Shown one piece after another: positions 39,957-48,673 of a stretch of 64,000 nt of DNA. The notes under the pieces were generated by a model. The model saw only the letters and a program-made list of their open reading frames with translations, was not told the DNA's origin and made no database searches. The translations under genes and the position numbers were made by a program. The stretch covers positions 1 to 64,000 of IMG/VR virus record IMGVR_UViG_3300017739_000004; one strand, written 5' to 3'. Source of the stretch: a virus. How positions within the stretch are numbered: position 1 is the stretch's first letter; the number at the start of each line of letters is the position of its first letter.

Positions 39957-40317
39957 ATTAACTGATGAAGCAATTAAAAAACTTCTTCAAAAAAAAGACC
40001 AAGAACGATTTAATTATATACGGCTTGGGATCACAGGTGGAGGTTGCGCTGGTTTTGAGTATATCTTTGATTCTGTTGTTAATAAGTCTGTTGACGACAT
40101 AGTATTAGACTTTGGTAAATTACAATTCGTAGTCGATAAAGTTTCCATACCATATCTATCTGGTATGACTTTAGACTTTGAAAAACAAGGACTAAATGAA
40201 GTCTTTGTATTCAGAAATCCAAAAGAAACATCAGCCTGTGGTTGTGGTGTTTCTATCAATTTTGATCTACAAAAAGTAGAAGAAGATAATTCCAAGATAT
40301 TTGCGATCGAAGTATAA
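39937..40317 (+). CDS. iscA: A-type Fe-S carrier (IscA/HesB)
   Basis: GGGCAGFEY, NP....CGCG.S. Confidence 0.92.
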   Translation: MSETLIELTDEAIKKLLQKKDQERFNYIRLGITGGGCAGFEYIFDSVVNKSVDDIVLDFGKLQFVVDKVSIPYLSGMTLDFEKQGLNEVFVFRNPKETSACGCGVSINFDLQKVEEDNSKIFAIEV

Positions 40318-40322
40318 TTTAT

Positions 40323-40330
40323 TATAAATA
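40323..40330 (+). promoter_or_regulatory. T4 late promoter of the curli/cyclase operon
   Basis: TATAAATA. Confidence 0.75.
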
Positions 40331-40354
40331 GATTATATAATAATTAATAATATT

Positions 40355-40651
40355 ATGGAAGACATATTTACTTTAATATCAGACGTGGGATTGCCAATCG
40401 CAGGAGCTTTGGTCATGGGTGTCTTTATATTCATAATTATAAAACAAATAATGATGGGTATAGTAGATAATATCAGAACTCTTACTATGTTTTGCGAATC
40501 TTTAGAGAATCGTGCTAGAACTATGAGTAATGAAATGATTAAAATAGATATGTTAGTTAGCAGTGCATTAGAGTTAAGACCAGATATCGATAGAGTAGCA
40601 AGAGCTGAAAATTTTATTGAAGATGGTAAACTTGATGTGAGGAGAGATTAA
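40355..40651 (+). CDS. Single-TM coiled-coil protein (YvrJ-like N-terminus)
   Basis: ISDVGLPIA followed by a TM segment. Confidence 0.55.
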   Translation: MEDIFTLISDVGLPIAGALVMGVFIFIIIKQIMMGIVDNIRTLTMFCESLENRARTMSNEMIKIDMLVSSALELRPDIDRVARAENFIEDGKLDVRRD

Positions 40652-40947
40652 TGGATGTACAAATCACAGAAGCTGATTTTACTATTGTTTCTCTAATCAC
40701 TGACTATGGCTTTCCAACTGTAATGGTAGTTGGGTTAGGATATTTTGTCTATTTCGTATGGCAATTTATTAATAATAATATCGAGCCAGAAATAGAAAAG
40801 ATGCATTTCCAATTAATAAAAGTGATTGACCAAATGAGAATGTTGGACCAAGATTTAATTAGGCTTCAACAAAAAGTAGATGTAGTTTTAGAATATAAAG
40901 AGAATGAAAAAAAGAAACGAGGAGAATTGGGAAAAGATGAAAAGTAA
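40651..40947 (+). CDS. Single-TM coiled-coil protein, paralog-like of the preceding gene
   Basis: ITDYGFPTV followed by a TM segment. Confidence 0.55.
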   Translation: MDVQITEADFTIVSLITDYGFPTVMVVGLGYFVYFVWQFINNNIEPEIEKMHFQLIKVIDQMRMLDQDLIRLQQKVDVVLEYKENEKKKRGELGKDEK

Positions 40948-41443
40948 TTTAGAAGTTGCTGGATTAATTGCTATATTTGGTTTATCTTTGTATGGCGTAT
41001 CACCTGCAATGTCTGCAGATGAAATTGTACATAAGTTCAAAAATCCATCATTTAGTGGAGTTGGTACAGGCGCACATTATCTTACAATAGAAAACCAGGA
41101 ACATTCCAGAAAAAAAGCGATCGAAGATGCACTTGAAGCTGCAAAGAATGCTGCTGAAAGAGAGGCAGAGAATTCAACTCTTGCAAAATTTATTAGAAAC
41201 CTAGAGAGTAGAATATATGCTCAATTTGCTAAACAATTAGTTGAGTCAATGTTCTCTAATGATAACCCTGCGGGGTTTGGTTCTTTTATTTTAGAAGGTA
41301 ATATAATCACATGGGAAGTTGTCACAGATGAATCAGGTGCAGAGTTTATTAGATTGACAGTTGTAAGTGAAGATGGAACAGAAACAGTAATTGAAATACC
41401 TGTAGGTACAGGAAACTTTGGACAAGACCCAGATAATGGTTAG
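40937..41443 (+). CDS. csgF: Curli assembly protein CsgF-like
   Basis: Signal peptide; KFKNPSFSG; F..NLESRIYAQ; C-terminal TVIEIP. Confidence 0.8.
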   Translation: MKSNLEVAGLIAIFGLSLYGVSPAMSADEIVHKFKNPSFSGVGTGAHYLTIENQEHSRKKAIEDALEAAKNAAEREAENSTLAKFIRNLESRIYAQFAKQLVESMFSNDNPAGFGSFILEGNIITWEVVTDESGAEFIRLTVVSEDGTETVIEIPVGTGNFGQDPDNG

Positions 41444-42368
41444 AGTACTTTTAGCATCATTAATAATTTTAAGTGGTTGTGCTTCGATACCGAAGTGGTC
41501 GGACGATCCACAAGATTGTAAGATACCAAAGATTGTTGATGTAGTCACGGCTGTACAAAAAGTTTTTGAAAGAAAATACATTTGTGTAGATATGCCAGAG
41601 GTTGTTAACTTACCTGCTTATATACAATTATTAGAATTACCACCACCAACAATTGAAAAACCAGTTGTTGCAGTATATAGTTTTTTAGATAAAACGGGTC
41701 AAAGAAAAGCAAGAGAAGGTATAGCAGATTTCTCAACAGCTACGACTCAAGGTGGAGTAGAATTATTAGTAGACGCTCTAAAGACAGCCGGAGGTGGCAC
41801 ATGGTTTAGAGTTGTTGAAAGACAAGGCGTAGATCATCTAGTTAGAGAAAGACAGATTATCAGAAGCGCTAGACAAGAGTTTGCAGGTGATAATGGCCCG
41901 CAACCTTTAAACCCTTTATTATTCGCAGGAATGATTATAGAGGGTGGAATAATTGGTTATGATACTAACATAATGACGGGAGGTCGGGGCGCACGAACTC
42001 TCGGTATTGGTTATGCGAAACAATATCGTAAAGATGTTGTGACTGTTTCGGTTAGAGCTGTTTCAGTTCTGACTGGTGAAGTATTATTAAACGTCCAAGC
42101 TCGTAAGACTATTTTATCTTATGGGTCAGGTGGTGATATCTTTCGTTTTATAGAGGAAGGTACTCAACTAGTAGAATATGAGGACGGTGTGGGAAATAAT
42201 GAGTCGGTGACATATGCAACACGAGCAGCAATTGAAGCTGCGGTGTTGGAATTAATTTACCAAGGCCACGATCGTGGTTATTGGAATATAAGTGATGGGC
42301 ATCGCCATCCACATCTTAATGATGGGGTAAACGATAAACATCAATTAGAGGAGTACGAAAATGAATAA
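41436..42368 (+). CDS. csgG: Curli secretion channel CsgG lipoprotein
   Basis: Lipobox LSGC; VAVYSFLDKTGQRK, FSTATTQG, WFRVVERQG, LVRERQIIR, EGGIIGYD. Confidence 0.93.
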   Translation: MVRVLLASLIILSGCASIPKWSDDPQDCKIPKIVDVVTAVQKVFERKYICVDMPEVVNLPAYIQLLELPPPTIEKPVVAVYSFLDKTGQRKAREGIADFSTATTQGGVELLVDALKTAGGGTWFRVVERQGVDHLVRERQIIRSARQEFAGDNGPQPLNPLLFAGMIIEGGIIGYDTNIMTGGRGARTLGIGYAKQYRKDVVTVSVRAVSVLTGEVLLNVQARKTILSYGSGGDIFRFIEEGTQLVEYEDGVGNNESVTYATRAAIEAAVLELIYQGHDRGYWNISDGHRHPHLNDGVNDKHQLEEYENE

Positions 42369-43098
42369 ACTTTTAAGTATAGCATTGCTATTGTCGACTA
42401 CTTTTGTTTTCGCACAAGCCACTGATGATAACGAAATTAAGATCACACAATCTGGTGATACCTTAAAATTATATGTAGACCAAATCGGTTTTGGAAACAA
42501 AATCGGCGGTGATGACGCTTCAGGCGGTTCACTATCTGCTATGACTATTACAGGTAGTTCACTAGAGTTTGATTTAGATTTTACTGGTAATCAAAACGTT
42601 TTATTTGGACCAGTCGAAGCTGATAGTTCTTACTATAAGCTCGATTTTACTGGTGATTCAAACAAAATAGATTGGAATATTGGTTATATCGGAAGTGCTG
42701 ATGATTCAAACATTAACTTTGATGTGACAGGTGATTCTAACGAATTTGACCTAGATCAAGGTTATGTTGCTAGTGCAGAAAGATTAGATGCTGATTTAAT
42801 TTTAATTGGTAGTTCAAATATATTTGACATAGACTGGGAAAGTGATGATAACGTTTGGGACTTTGATATTACAGGAGATTCAAACAATATTAACACATTA
42901 CAAAATGACGGCGAACACAATCTTGAGTTCACTTTAGTAGGTGATTCAGCTGACGTCGACATTAATCAAATATCTGGTACATGTGCAAGTGGAGCAGGAA
43001 CAAGTTGTGTTTCACCAAATGCAAATATTGTATTAGATGTGACTTCAGACAATGCAATCATTCAACTTAATCAACAAGATTCGTCTAACGATTCTTAA
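42361..43098 (+). CDS. Secreted curlin-like beta-solenoid protein
   Basis: Signal peptide; repeats such as QIGFGN, TGDSN (three copies), IGSSN. Confidence 0.7.
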   Translation: MNKLLSIALLLSTTFVFAQATDDNEIKITQSGDTLKLYVDQIGFGNKIGGDDASGGSLSAMTITGSSLEFDLDFTGNQNVLFGPVEADSSYYKLDFTGDSNKIDWNIGYIGSADDSNINFDVTGDSNEFDLDQGYVASAERLDADLILIGSSNIFDIDWESDDNVWDFDITGDSNNINTLQNDGEHNLEFTLVGDSADVDINQISGTCASGAGTSCVSPNANIVLDVTSDNAIIQLNQQDSSNDS

Positions 43099-44161
43099 TT
43101 TATTACTCATTAGTGGGTTTGCTTTTTCTAGCGAACCCATTGGTGGTATTAAAGAATCTATTGGCTATGGTGGAATTACAAGAGATGATGAAACTTATAA
43201 CCATGATGTCGGATTAGAAATTCAACTTAACGATCAAGCTGAAACAGCAAATGGTCGTATGCTTATAGAGTTCTTAGACGATGCAGAACTCCAACTCAAA
43301 GAACATTCAAGGGTTTTAATAGATACGGTTTATTACGATCCAAACCCAAACCTATCAAAAATGACTATGCGTATGGTCAGTGGAACAGCAAGATTTGCAT
43401 CAGGTTCTAAGGGTTTAATTAATAAAGCAAACATAGAAATATCAACACCAACCGCTACAATTGCTGTAAGGGGCACGGACTTCACCACAACAATAGATGA
43501 AATTGGACGAAGCCTTGTTATCTTATTACCTGACGATAAGGGAGAACCTTCAGGTGTTATTGAAGTCACCAGTTTAGGTGGAACAGTTGTATTAGATGAA
43601 GCTTATGCAGCCACAATGGTGTCATCTTATGATTTACCACCAACAACAGAAACCGTAATTCAAGGTATAACACCTGCACTGATTGATAATATGTTTATTG
43701 TGAATCCACCAGAGGAGGTGAAAGAGGCAGTAGAAGAACAATTAGCCGATGAACAAAACGAAGATCAAGGAATATTAGATATAGATTTATTAGACTTTAC
43801 TGAATTAGAAGAAGATGAACTAGAAGAAGATGACTTAGGTGAGTTTAATGAATTAGATATTGATGAATTAGATGTAGAGTTTTTAATAGATGTTTTAGAC
43901 ATTGTAGATTCTGGTGATCTATTTGATACATTAGGTGAGTTTGATATTCAAGGCGCAACAAGAGGATTTAATGATGAATCACAATATAATGTCTTTTTAA
44001 GAAATGGTGATTTAGTATTTTATAGAAATGTAAATGGTGTAATAGAATTACAATTCGAAGCTGGAGGTAGCTTTACCTTAGACACAGATACTCCAACATG
44101 GTCAGGTATAATTACTGGTAATGATGGAGAAGATATAATAGTAAGGATTAGACAGTTATAA
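43052..44161 (+). CDS. FecR-domain periplasmic protein with acidic linker
   Basis: Hydrophobic N-terminus; F.DDAEL.L..HS, TPTATIAVRGTDF. Confidence 0.85.
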   Translation: MQSFNLINKIRLTILNLLLISGFAFSSEPIGGIKESIGYGGITRDDETYNHDVGLEIQLNDQAETANGRMLIEFLDDAELQLKEHSRVLIDTVYYDPNPNLSKMTMRMVSGTARFASGSKGLINKANIEISTPTATIAVRGTDFTTTIDEIGRSLVILLPDDKGEPSGVIEVTSLGGTVVLDEAYAATMVSSYDLPPTTETVIQGITPALIDNMFIVNPPEEVKEAVEEQLADEQNEDQGILDIDLLDFTELEEDELEEDDLGEFNELDIDELDVEFLIDVLDIVDSGDLFDTLGEFDIQGATRGFNDESQYNVFLRNGDLVFYRNVNGVIELQFEAGGSFTLDTDTPTWSGIITGNDGEDIIVRIRQL

Positions 44162-44169
44162 ATAAAACT

Positions 44170-44847
44170 ATGAATAAGAACTTCCATTACAATTTCGTAC
44201 CACTATTAACAACTATGTTTATGTTTCTTGCATTTGATTTAGTTGCTGGTCCTACAGACGATAATCATATTCACGTCGAACAAGTAGCTGATGGTGATAA
44301 TATAGAATTAAATATATCTCAAATAGGTTTTGCAAATAGCATAGAATTTTCATTTGCGCATTCAGGTAATGTATTTAATCTTCAACAAAATGGTAATGGT
44401 AATAGCATATCATGGGTGTCATATTGGGGCTCAGGTAAATCATGGGGTGGAGATGTTGATGGTTCTAATAACACAGAAAATATAATTCAGTATGATGGTG
44501 CAACTTATGGTAGACATATATGGGGTGATGAAAATATTGTAGATGTTTATCAACATGGAAATCATACACACAATTTAGACATTCACGTTGATGATGTCGA
44601 ACATGACTCATGGCAAGATGGTGCTGGGTCGCATTATAGTCATGTATATTATTATGGTAATTCAGATGGTTCAATAACTAATCTTAAACAAGAAGGTACA
44701 GGAAATCATAATGCACAAGTAGTTTTATATGGAAATTATTTAACAACACTTAATGTTTTACAACAAGGGTCAAATAATCAGTCATATAATTTAACACAAA
44801 ATTGTCAAACAGTAGGTGGATGCACAGTTAACGTCACACAAGATTAA
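44170..44847 (+). CDS. Secreted His-rich curlin-like protein
   Basis: Signal peptide; QxGxxN repeats (QIGFAN, QNGNGN, QEGTGN, QQGSNN); TATAAATA at 44157. Confidence 0.75.
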   Translation: MNKNFHYNFVPLLTTMFMFLAFDLVAGPTDDNHIHVEQVADGDNIELNISQIGFANSIEFSFAHSGNVFNLQQNGNGNSISWVSYWGSGKSWGGDVDGSNNTENIIQYDGATYGRHIWGDENIVDVYQHGNHTHNLDIHVDDVEHDSWQDGAGSHYSHVYYYGNSDGSITNLKQEGTGNHNAQVVLYGNYLTTLNVLQQGSNNQSYNLTQNCQTVGGCTVNVTQD

Positions 44848-46685
44848 TGAAATATATTACTTCGGTATGGTCTACATTATTACTCGTATCAGCTCTGATA
44901 TTAATAAGAGTTTATGATCCAGCAATAGTCGAGCAAGTCAGGCTCAATACATTCGATCAATACATCAAAACACTTCCAAAAGAAAAATCAAATGATATAG
45001 TACTTGTTAATATCGGTGAGAAATCACTTGGTAAGATTGGTCAATTTCCATGGCCTAGACAAGAATACGCACAAATGATTTCTGACCTAAGAAATATTAA
45101 TGCTGGCTATATTGGATTTACTATAATGTTTCCAGAACCAGATAGATTTGGTGGTGACGATATATTTGCTCAATACATACAAGACAATGGGATTATCTTA
45201 TCACAAGACGCAGATAACAATGGAAGGGCCGACAGTGCACCGTATGTAGGGCATGCACTATTTGGTACATCAGACCCTTTAGATTTTATATACAAATATA
45301 ATGGTATAGTTGCTAATATTAAGAATTTAGAACAAGAGGCATGGGGTATAGGATTAATAAATGCATCACCTGAAGTAGATAATATCACTAGAAGAATACC
45401 ACTTATGACAAATGTAAAAGATGAAATCTATCCATCTTTTGCTTTAGAATTAACTAGATTAAATATGGATCAGTTATCTTATACTATAAAATCAAATGAA
45501 GCAGGTATAGAAAGTGTAGTAGTTAGACCTTTTGAAATACCTACAGATAGTGATGGTTCAATATGGTTAAAATGGAATACAGAATTTGAAGAAATAGAAT
45601 ACGAAAGGCTAATGCCAGGGTATGATAATTTAGAAGGTAAGACTGTTATAGTCGGTGTATCAGCCAGTGGATTAGGTGCTCAGATTCCTACTCCTGGTGG
45701 TTTGATGAATCCAAACCAGCTTCAAGCCGCAGCTCTTCAAACAATTCTGTCAGACAATCCGATTTCTCGTCCTCTATGGGCTGATTCAATAGAAATTCTT
45801 GTAAGTGGAATTCTGGCTCTGTTGTTAATTCTGTTGATATATCGCGCACCGATTTGGGCTTCAGGACTCGGCTTCGTTGTTCTTTGTGTTGGACAAGCCG
45901 GATTGACTTTTTATATCTGGAATAAATTTTATATACTCCTCGATCTTAGTTATTCACTAATATTATATATAATATCTTTTGCTTCAACGAGTTTTAATAA
46001 CTTCTATAAACAATTTGCTCTTAGACAACAGATAAAGAAACAATTTGAAACATATTTGGATCCAAGACAAGTGGCTCTATTACAAAAAGACCCAAGCAGA
46101 TTAAAGCTTGGTGGTGAAAGAAAAGAAATGACTTTCTTGTTTATGGATATAGTAGGATTTACTCCTATATCAGAACATTATAAAAATAATAATGACCCAG
46201 AAGGGTTAGTAGAAATTATAAATAATTATTTAAACCGTATGACCAATATTATCTTAGACAATGGTGGTACTATTGACAAATATATGGGTGATTGTATAAT
46301 GGCCTTTTGGAATGCTCCATTAGACTGTGAAGATCATGCATACCTAGCTACTAAAACAGCTATGGAAATTGAGAGAGCAGCAGATGAACTTATTAAAGAA
46401 CTTGAAGATAAAGGCTTACCACGTATTGATGTTGGTATTGGTATTAATTCCGGGACTTGCATCGTCGGAAACATGGGATCCGAAACTAGATTTGACTATT
46501 CCGTCATTGGAGATGCCGTCAACTTGGCAGCTAGACTCGAAGGCCAAACACGCAATTACGATGGGGTTCGAGTGTTGTTGGGCGAACAAACATATAAAAG
46601 CTGTTCATCTGGAGAATTCACTGAAGTCGATAGAATCAAAGTTAAAGGTAAATCCGAACAGGTTAGAATATATACCCCAATTTGA
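44847..46685 (+). CDS. CHASE2-domain class III adenylate cyclase
   Basis: GQFPWPR and FPEPDR (CHASE2), three TMs, FMDIVGFT, IDKYMGD, VGNMGS, DYSVIGDAVNLAARLE, VKGK. Confidence 0.94.
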   Translation: MKYITSVWSTLLLVSALILIRVYDPAIVEQVRLNTFDQYIKTLPKEKSNDIVLVNIGEKSLGKIGQFPWPRQEYAQMISDLRNINAGYIGFTIMFPEPDRFGGDDIFAQYIQDNGIILSQDADNNGRADSAPYVGHALFGTSDPLDFIYKYNGIVANIKNLEQEAWGIGLINASPEVDNITRRIPLMTNVKDEIYPSFALELTRLNMDQLSYTIKSNEAGIESVVVRPFEIPTDSDGSIWLKWNTEFEEIEYERLMPGYDNLEGKTVIVGVSASGLGAQIPTPGGLMNPNQLQAAALQTILSDNPISRPLWADSIEILVSGILALLLILLIYRAPIWASGLGFVVLCVGQAGLTFYIWNKFYILLDLSYSLILYIISFASTSFNNFYKQFALRQQIKKQFETYLDPRQVALLQKDPSRLKLGGERKEMTFLFMDIVGFTPISEHYKNNNDPEGLVEIINNYLNRMTNIILDNGGTIDKYMGDCIMAFWNAPLDCEDHAYLATKTAMEIERAADELIKELEDKGLPRIDVGIGINSGTCIVGNMGSETRFDYSVIGDAVNLAARLEGQTRNYDGVRVLLGEQTYKSCSSGEFTEVDRIKVKGKSEQVRIYTPI

Positions 46686-47016
46686 TTTCATAGAACCAGC
46701 ACATTGGACATCATACGCAGTATCTTTTGCATTACAATATGCCGATATTCATTATACTAATAAAGCTTTACAATATCAATGTGTACGTGAGCTTAATCCT
46801 TTAGTTGGTAAAAGACCATCATGGAATCATTTAGTAGCTCACAAGGTAATTACATTGTGGCCTGTGTATCACCCAGACTTTAATAAGTATCCAATCACTG
46901 ATAAAGACTTAAATCAAGTTAATGTGTTTATGGCCATTGTTGTATTACATAATAAAAGAGTGCTTGAAAAAGTGCAAAGACACCCAGATATCTGTCCTAA
47001 GATTTCTACTATTTAA
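46429..47016 (+). CDS. Hypothetical protein overlapping the cyclase 3' end (start uncertain)
   Basis: Signal-like MLVLVLIPGLASS; AD..YT...ELNP motif. Confidence 0.5.
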   Translation: MLVLVLIPGLASSETWDPKLDLTIPSLEMPSTWQLDSKAKHAITMGFECCWANKHIKAVHLENSLKSIESKLKVNPNRLEYIPQFDFIEPAHWTSYAVSFALQYADIHYTNKALQYQCVRELNPLVGKRPSWNHLVAHKVITLWPVYHPDFNKYPITDKDLNQVNVFMAIVVLHNKRVLEKVQRHPDICPKISTI

Positions 47017-47028
47017 GTTATATTACAC

Positions 47029-47113
47029 TGTGTGACAGTTGTGTGACAACTGTGTAACAATTGTGTGAATTCTTTAAAAAACCGTTTACAAACCTATCAA
47101 ACTATAGTATAAT
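47029..47113 (+). promoter_or_regulatory. Early promoter with four 11-bp repeats in reverse orientation
   Basis: TGTGAC 47031 and 47042, TGTAAC 47053, TGTGAA 47064; TTTACA 47085, TATAAT 47108. Confidence 0.85.
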
Positions 47114-47141
47114 GGTACTATAATTTAGATAAGGAGAAAAA

Positions 47142-47438
47142 ATGAGTTATAACATAATATTAAAATCCGTCGACGGATTTCAAAGCGTAGATAAAGAAGC
47201 AGTAGTTGCTTTTGTAAAAGATAAATTAAGCTATAGTGTAGACCCAGTAGCTAGATCAGAAAACAAGTTCTGGTTAAATGGAAAATGGGAAGGCGGTAAA
47301 TTTTACGCATTCCTAGAAGGTCAAAGATACTATCAGTTAGTTATCAATAGATTTGATTTTGGAATCAAAGCTGGTGGAGATTTTAATTCTTGGAATGTAG
47401 CAGGCATTCTTAGAGAAGAAATTAAGGAGGCGTTATAA
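47142..47438 (+). CDS. Hypothetical early protein
   Basis: TAAGGAG RBS. Confidence 0.75.
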   Translation: MSYNIILKSVDGFQSVDKEAVVAFVKDKLSYSVDPVARSENKFWLNGKWEGGKFYAFLEGQRYYQLVINRFDFGIKAGGDFNSWNVAGILREEIKEAL

Positions 47439-47674
47439 TGCAAGTAGTTATAAAAGGAAACCCAATATATAATGGCGTGGTACGTGATGGCGCCATTATA
47501 GAAATACCGGTACCAGCAGAATTGCATGTTCTGGCTTTAGCAAAAGGTCCAGATTCAGGCGATGCATGGGACCTATTGTGTAGAAAGTTACCATCCTATG
47601 GTTTTATGAACCCTATTGGTAAAATGCACATAAGCCATCTAGTGATAGATGGAGTGGAAAAAAGGTTCCACTAA
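47438..47674 (+). CDS. Hypothetical early protein
   Basis: AAGGAGG RBS, coupled ORF. Confidence 0.7.
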   Translation: MQVVIKGNPIYNGVVRDGAIIEIPVPAELHVLALAKGPDSGDAWDLLCRKLPSYGFMNPIGKMHISHLVIDGVEKRFH

Positions 47675-47689
47675 AAATAAACAGGAATC

Positions 47690-47960
47690 GAGGAAGAGCT
47701 GTAGATGGTTGGTTGTTGTGAAGCTCTACGAGATAACCTTAGTAATGATTGGTTTAAAATCAATTAAGACGTGAAATATGGTGTTGAGATCATTACAAAA
47801 AAAGGTTAACAAAGAAGTGACAGAAATTTTGGATAAGCAATTGGGATGTCATGGTAAACGAGATTCTTTATGGTCGTTAGCTATCGACCTAGATAAAATT
47901 CAGGTAAGGCCTGACTTAGAAGGACACGCTGTCGAACTTGGGGTAACACCCAAGCCATTG
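47690..47960 (+). ncRNA. Candidate structured non-coding RNA
   Basis: At least six non-overlapping complementary stems in an intergenic segment. Confidence 0.4.
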
Positions 47961-47978
47961 AAACACCGCAAAAACTTA

Positions 47979-48054
47979 TGTGACCAGCCAGTCACAAATT
48001 GTCACACAATTGTCACACAAAACAGTTGACATTTACAGAAAAGCGTGATACTAT
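47979..48054 (+). promoter_or_regulatory. Early promoter with GTCACA repeats and a palindrome
   Basis: TGTGAC-N6-GTCACA; GTCACA at 47991, 48001, 48012; TTGACA 48026; TG-n-TACTAT 48049. Confidence 0.85.
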
Positions 48055-48087
48055 AGACATATAAATTAATAATGATAAGGAGTAAAT

Positions 48088-48234
48088 ATGAGTGATTATT
48101 ATAATAACGACGATATTGTTAGCAGCGTCGATCAATCAAAAGCTGACATCATAAGTAGACTAGACGAAATTGAATCAAGAATTGAAAAGATTTTTGAAAT
48201 CGTTGAAAATATGGAGGCTAATTTAAATGGATAG
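48088..48234 (+). CDS. Small acidic coiled-coil early protein (not in ORF track)
   Basis: TAAGGAGT RBS; MSDYYNNDDIV... Confidence 0.75.
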   Translation: MSDYYNNDDIVSSVDQSKADIISRLDEIESRIEKIFEIVENMEANLNG

Positions 48235-48673
48235 AATAAAATTTGAAAATGTCTCCGAGGACATCTCTTACGCAATAGGCTCTTCTCTTAGAGGCTATAT
48301 TAATGAAGTAACTACAAACCAATTGATTGCAATGTTTGGTGAGCCAAGCAGAGTACCTTCTGGTGATGGTAAAGTCCAACTTGAATGGATTATTAAAACT
48401 AAAGTTATTGAAGAAGATGGCAACGAAATAGATAGTTGCTTTACACTTTACGATTGGAAAGGTTCAGCACCTTCCGATGATAATGCCGAATGGAAAATCA
48501 ATGTTGGTGGTAGATCACAACAAGATTATTGGAATGTATTTGATGCATTTGATATTGCTAACGAAACAGATTTCTTATATGCTTACGATGGTGATGGCAA
48601 ACTATGTCAATCCAAAGAAGGTTTTAGTCTACATCTATTACAGATGTGTAAAGAGGAGGCAGCAAATGGATAG
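48227..48673 (+). CDS. Hypothetical early protein
   Basis: FGEP..GDGKV..EW..FTLYDWK..W.IN.GG; GGAGG RBS. Confidence 0.75.
   Translation: MDRIKFENVSEDISYAIGSSLRGYINEVTTNQLIAMFGEPSRVPSGDGKVQLEWIIKTKVIEEDGNEIDSCFTLYDWKGSAPSDDNAEWKINVGGRSQQDYWNVFDAFDIANETDFLYAYDGDGKLCQSKEGFSLHLLQMCKEEAANG

Noticed and set aside
47029-47069. CRISPR array or iteron origin
   Set aside because: The units are 11 bp without spacers and always abut a -35 element, which fits operator sites better.
47979-47996. Canonical CRP site linking the phage cyclase to early promoters
   Set aside because: The TGTGA and TCACA half-sites are 8 bp apart rather than 6, and the other copies are direct repeats, so the link is unsupported.
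47778-48029. 83-aa ORF
   Set aside because: No clear RBS; it runs through hairpins and promoter repeats, so it is probably spurious.
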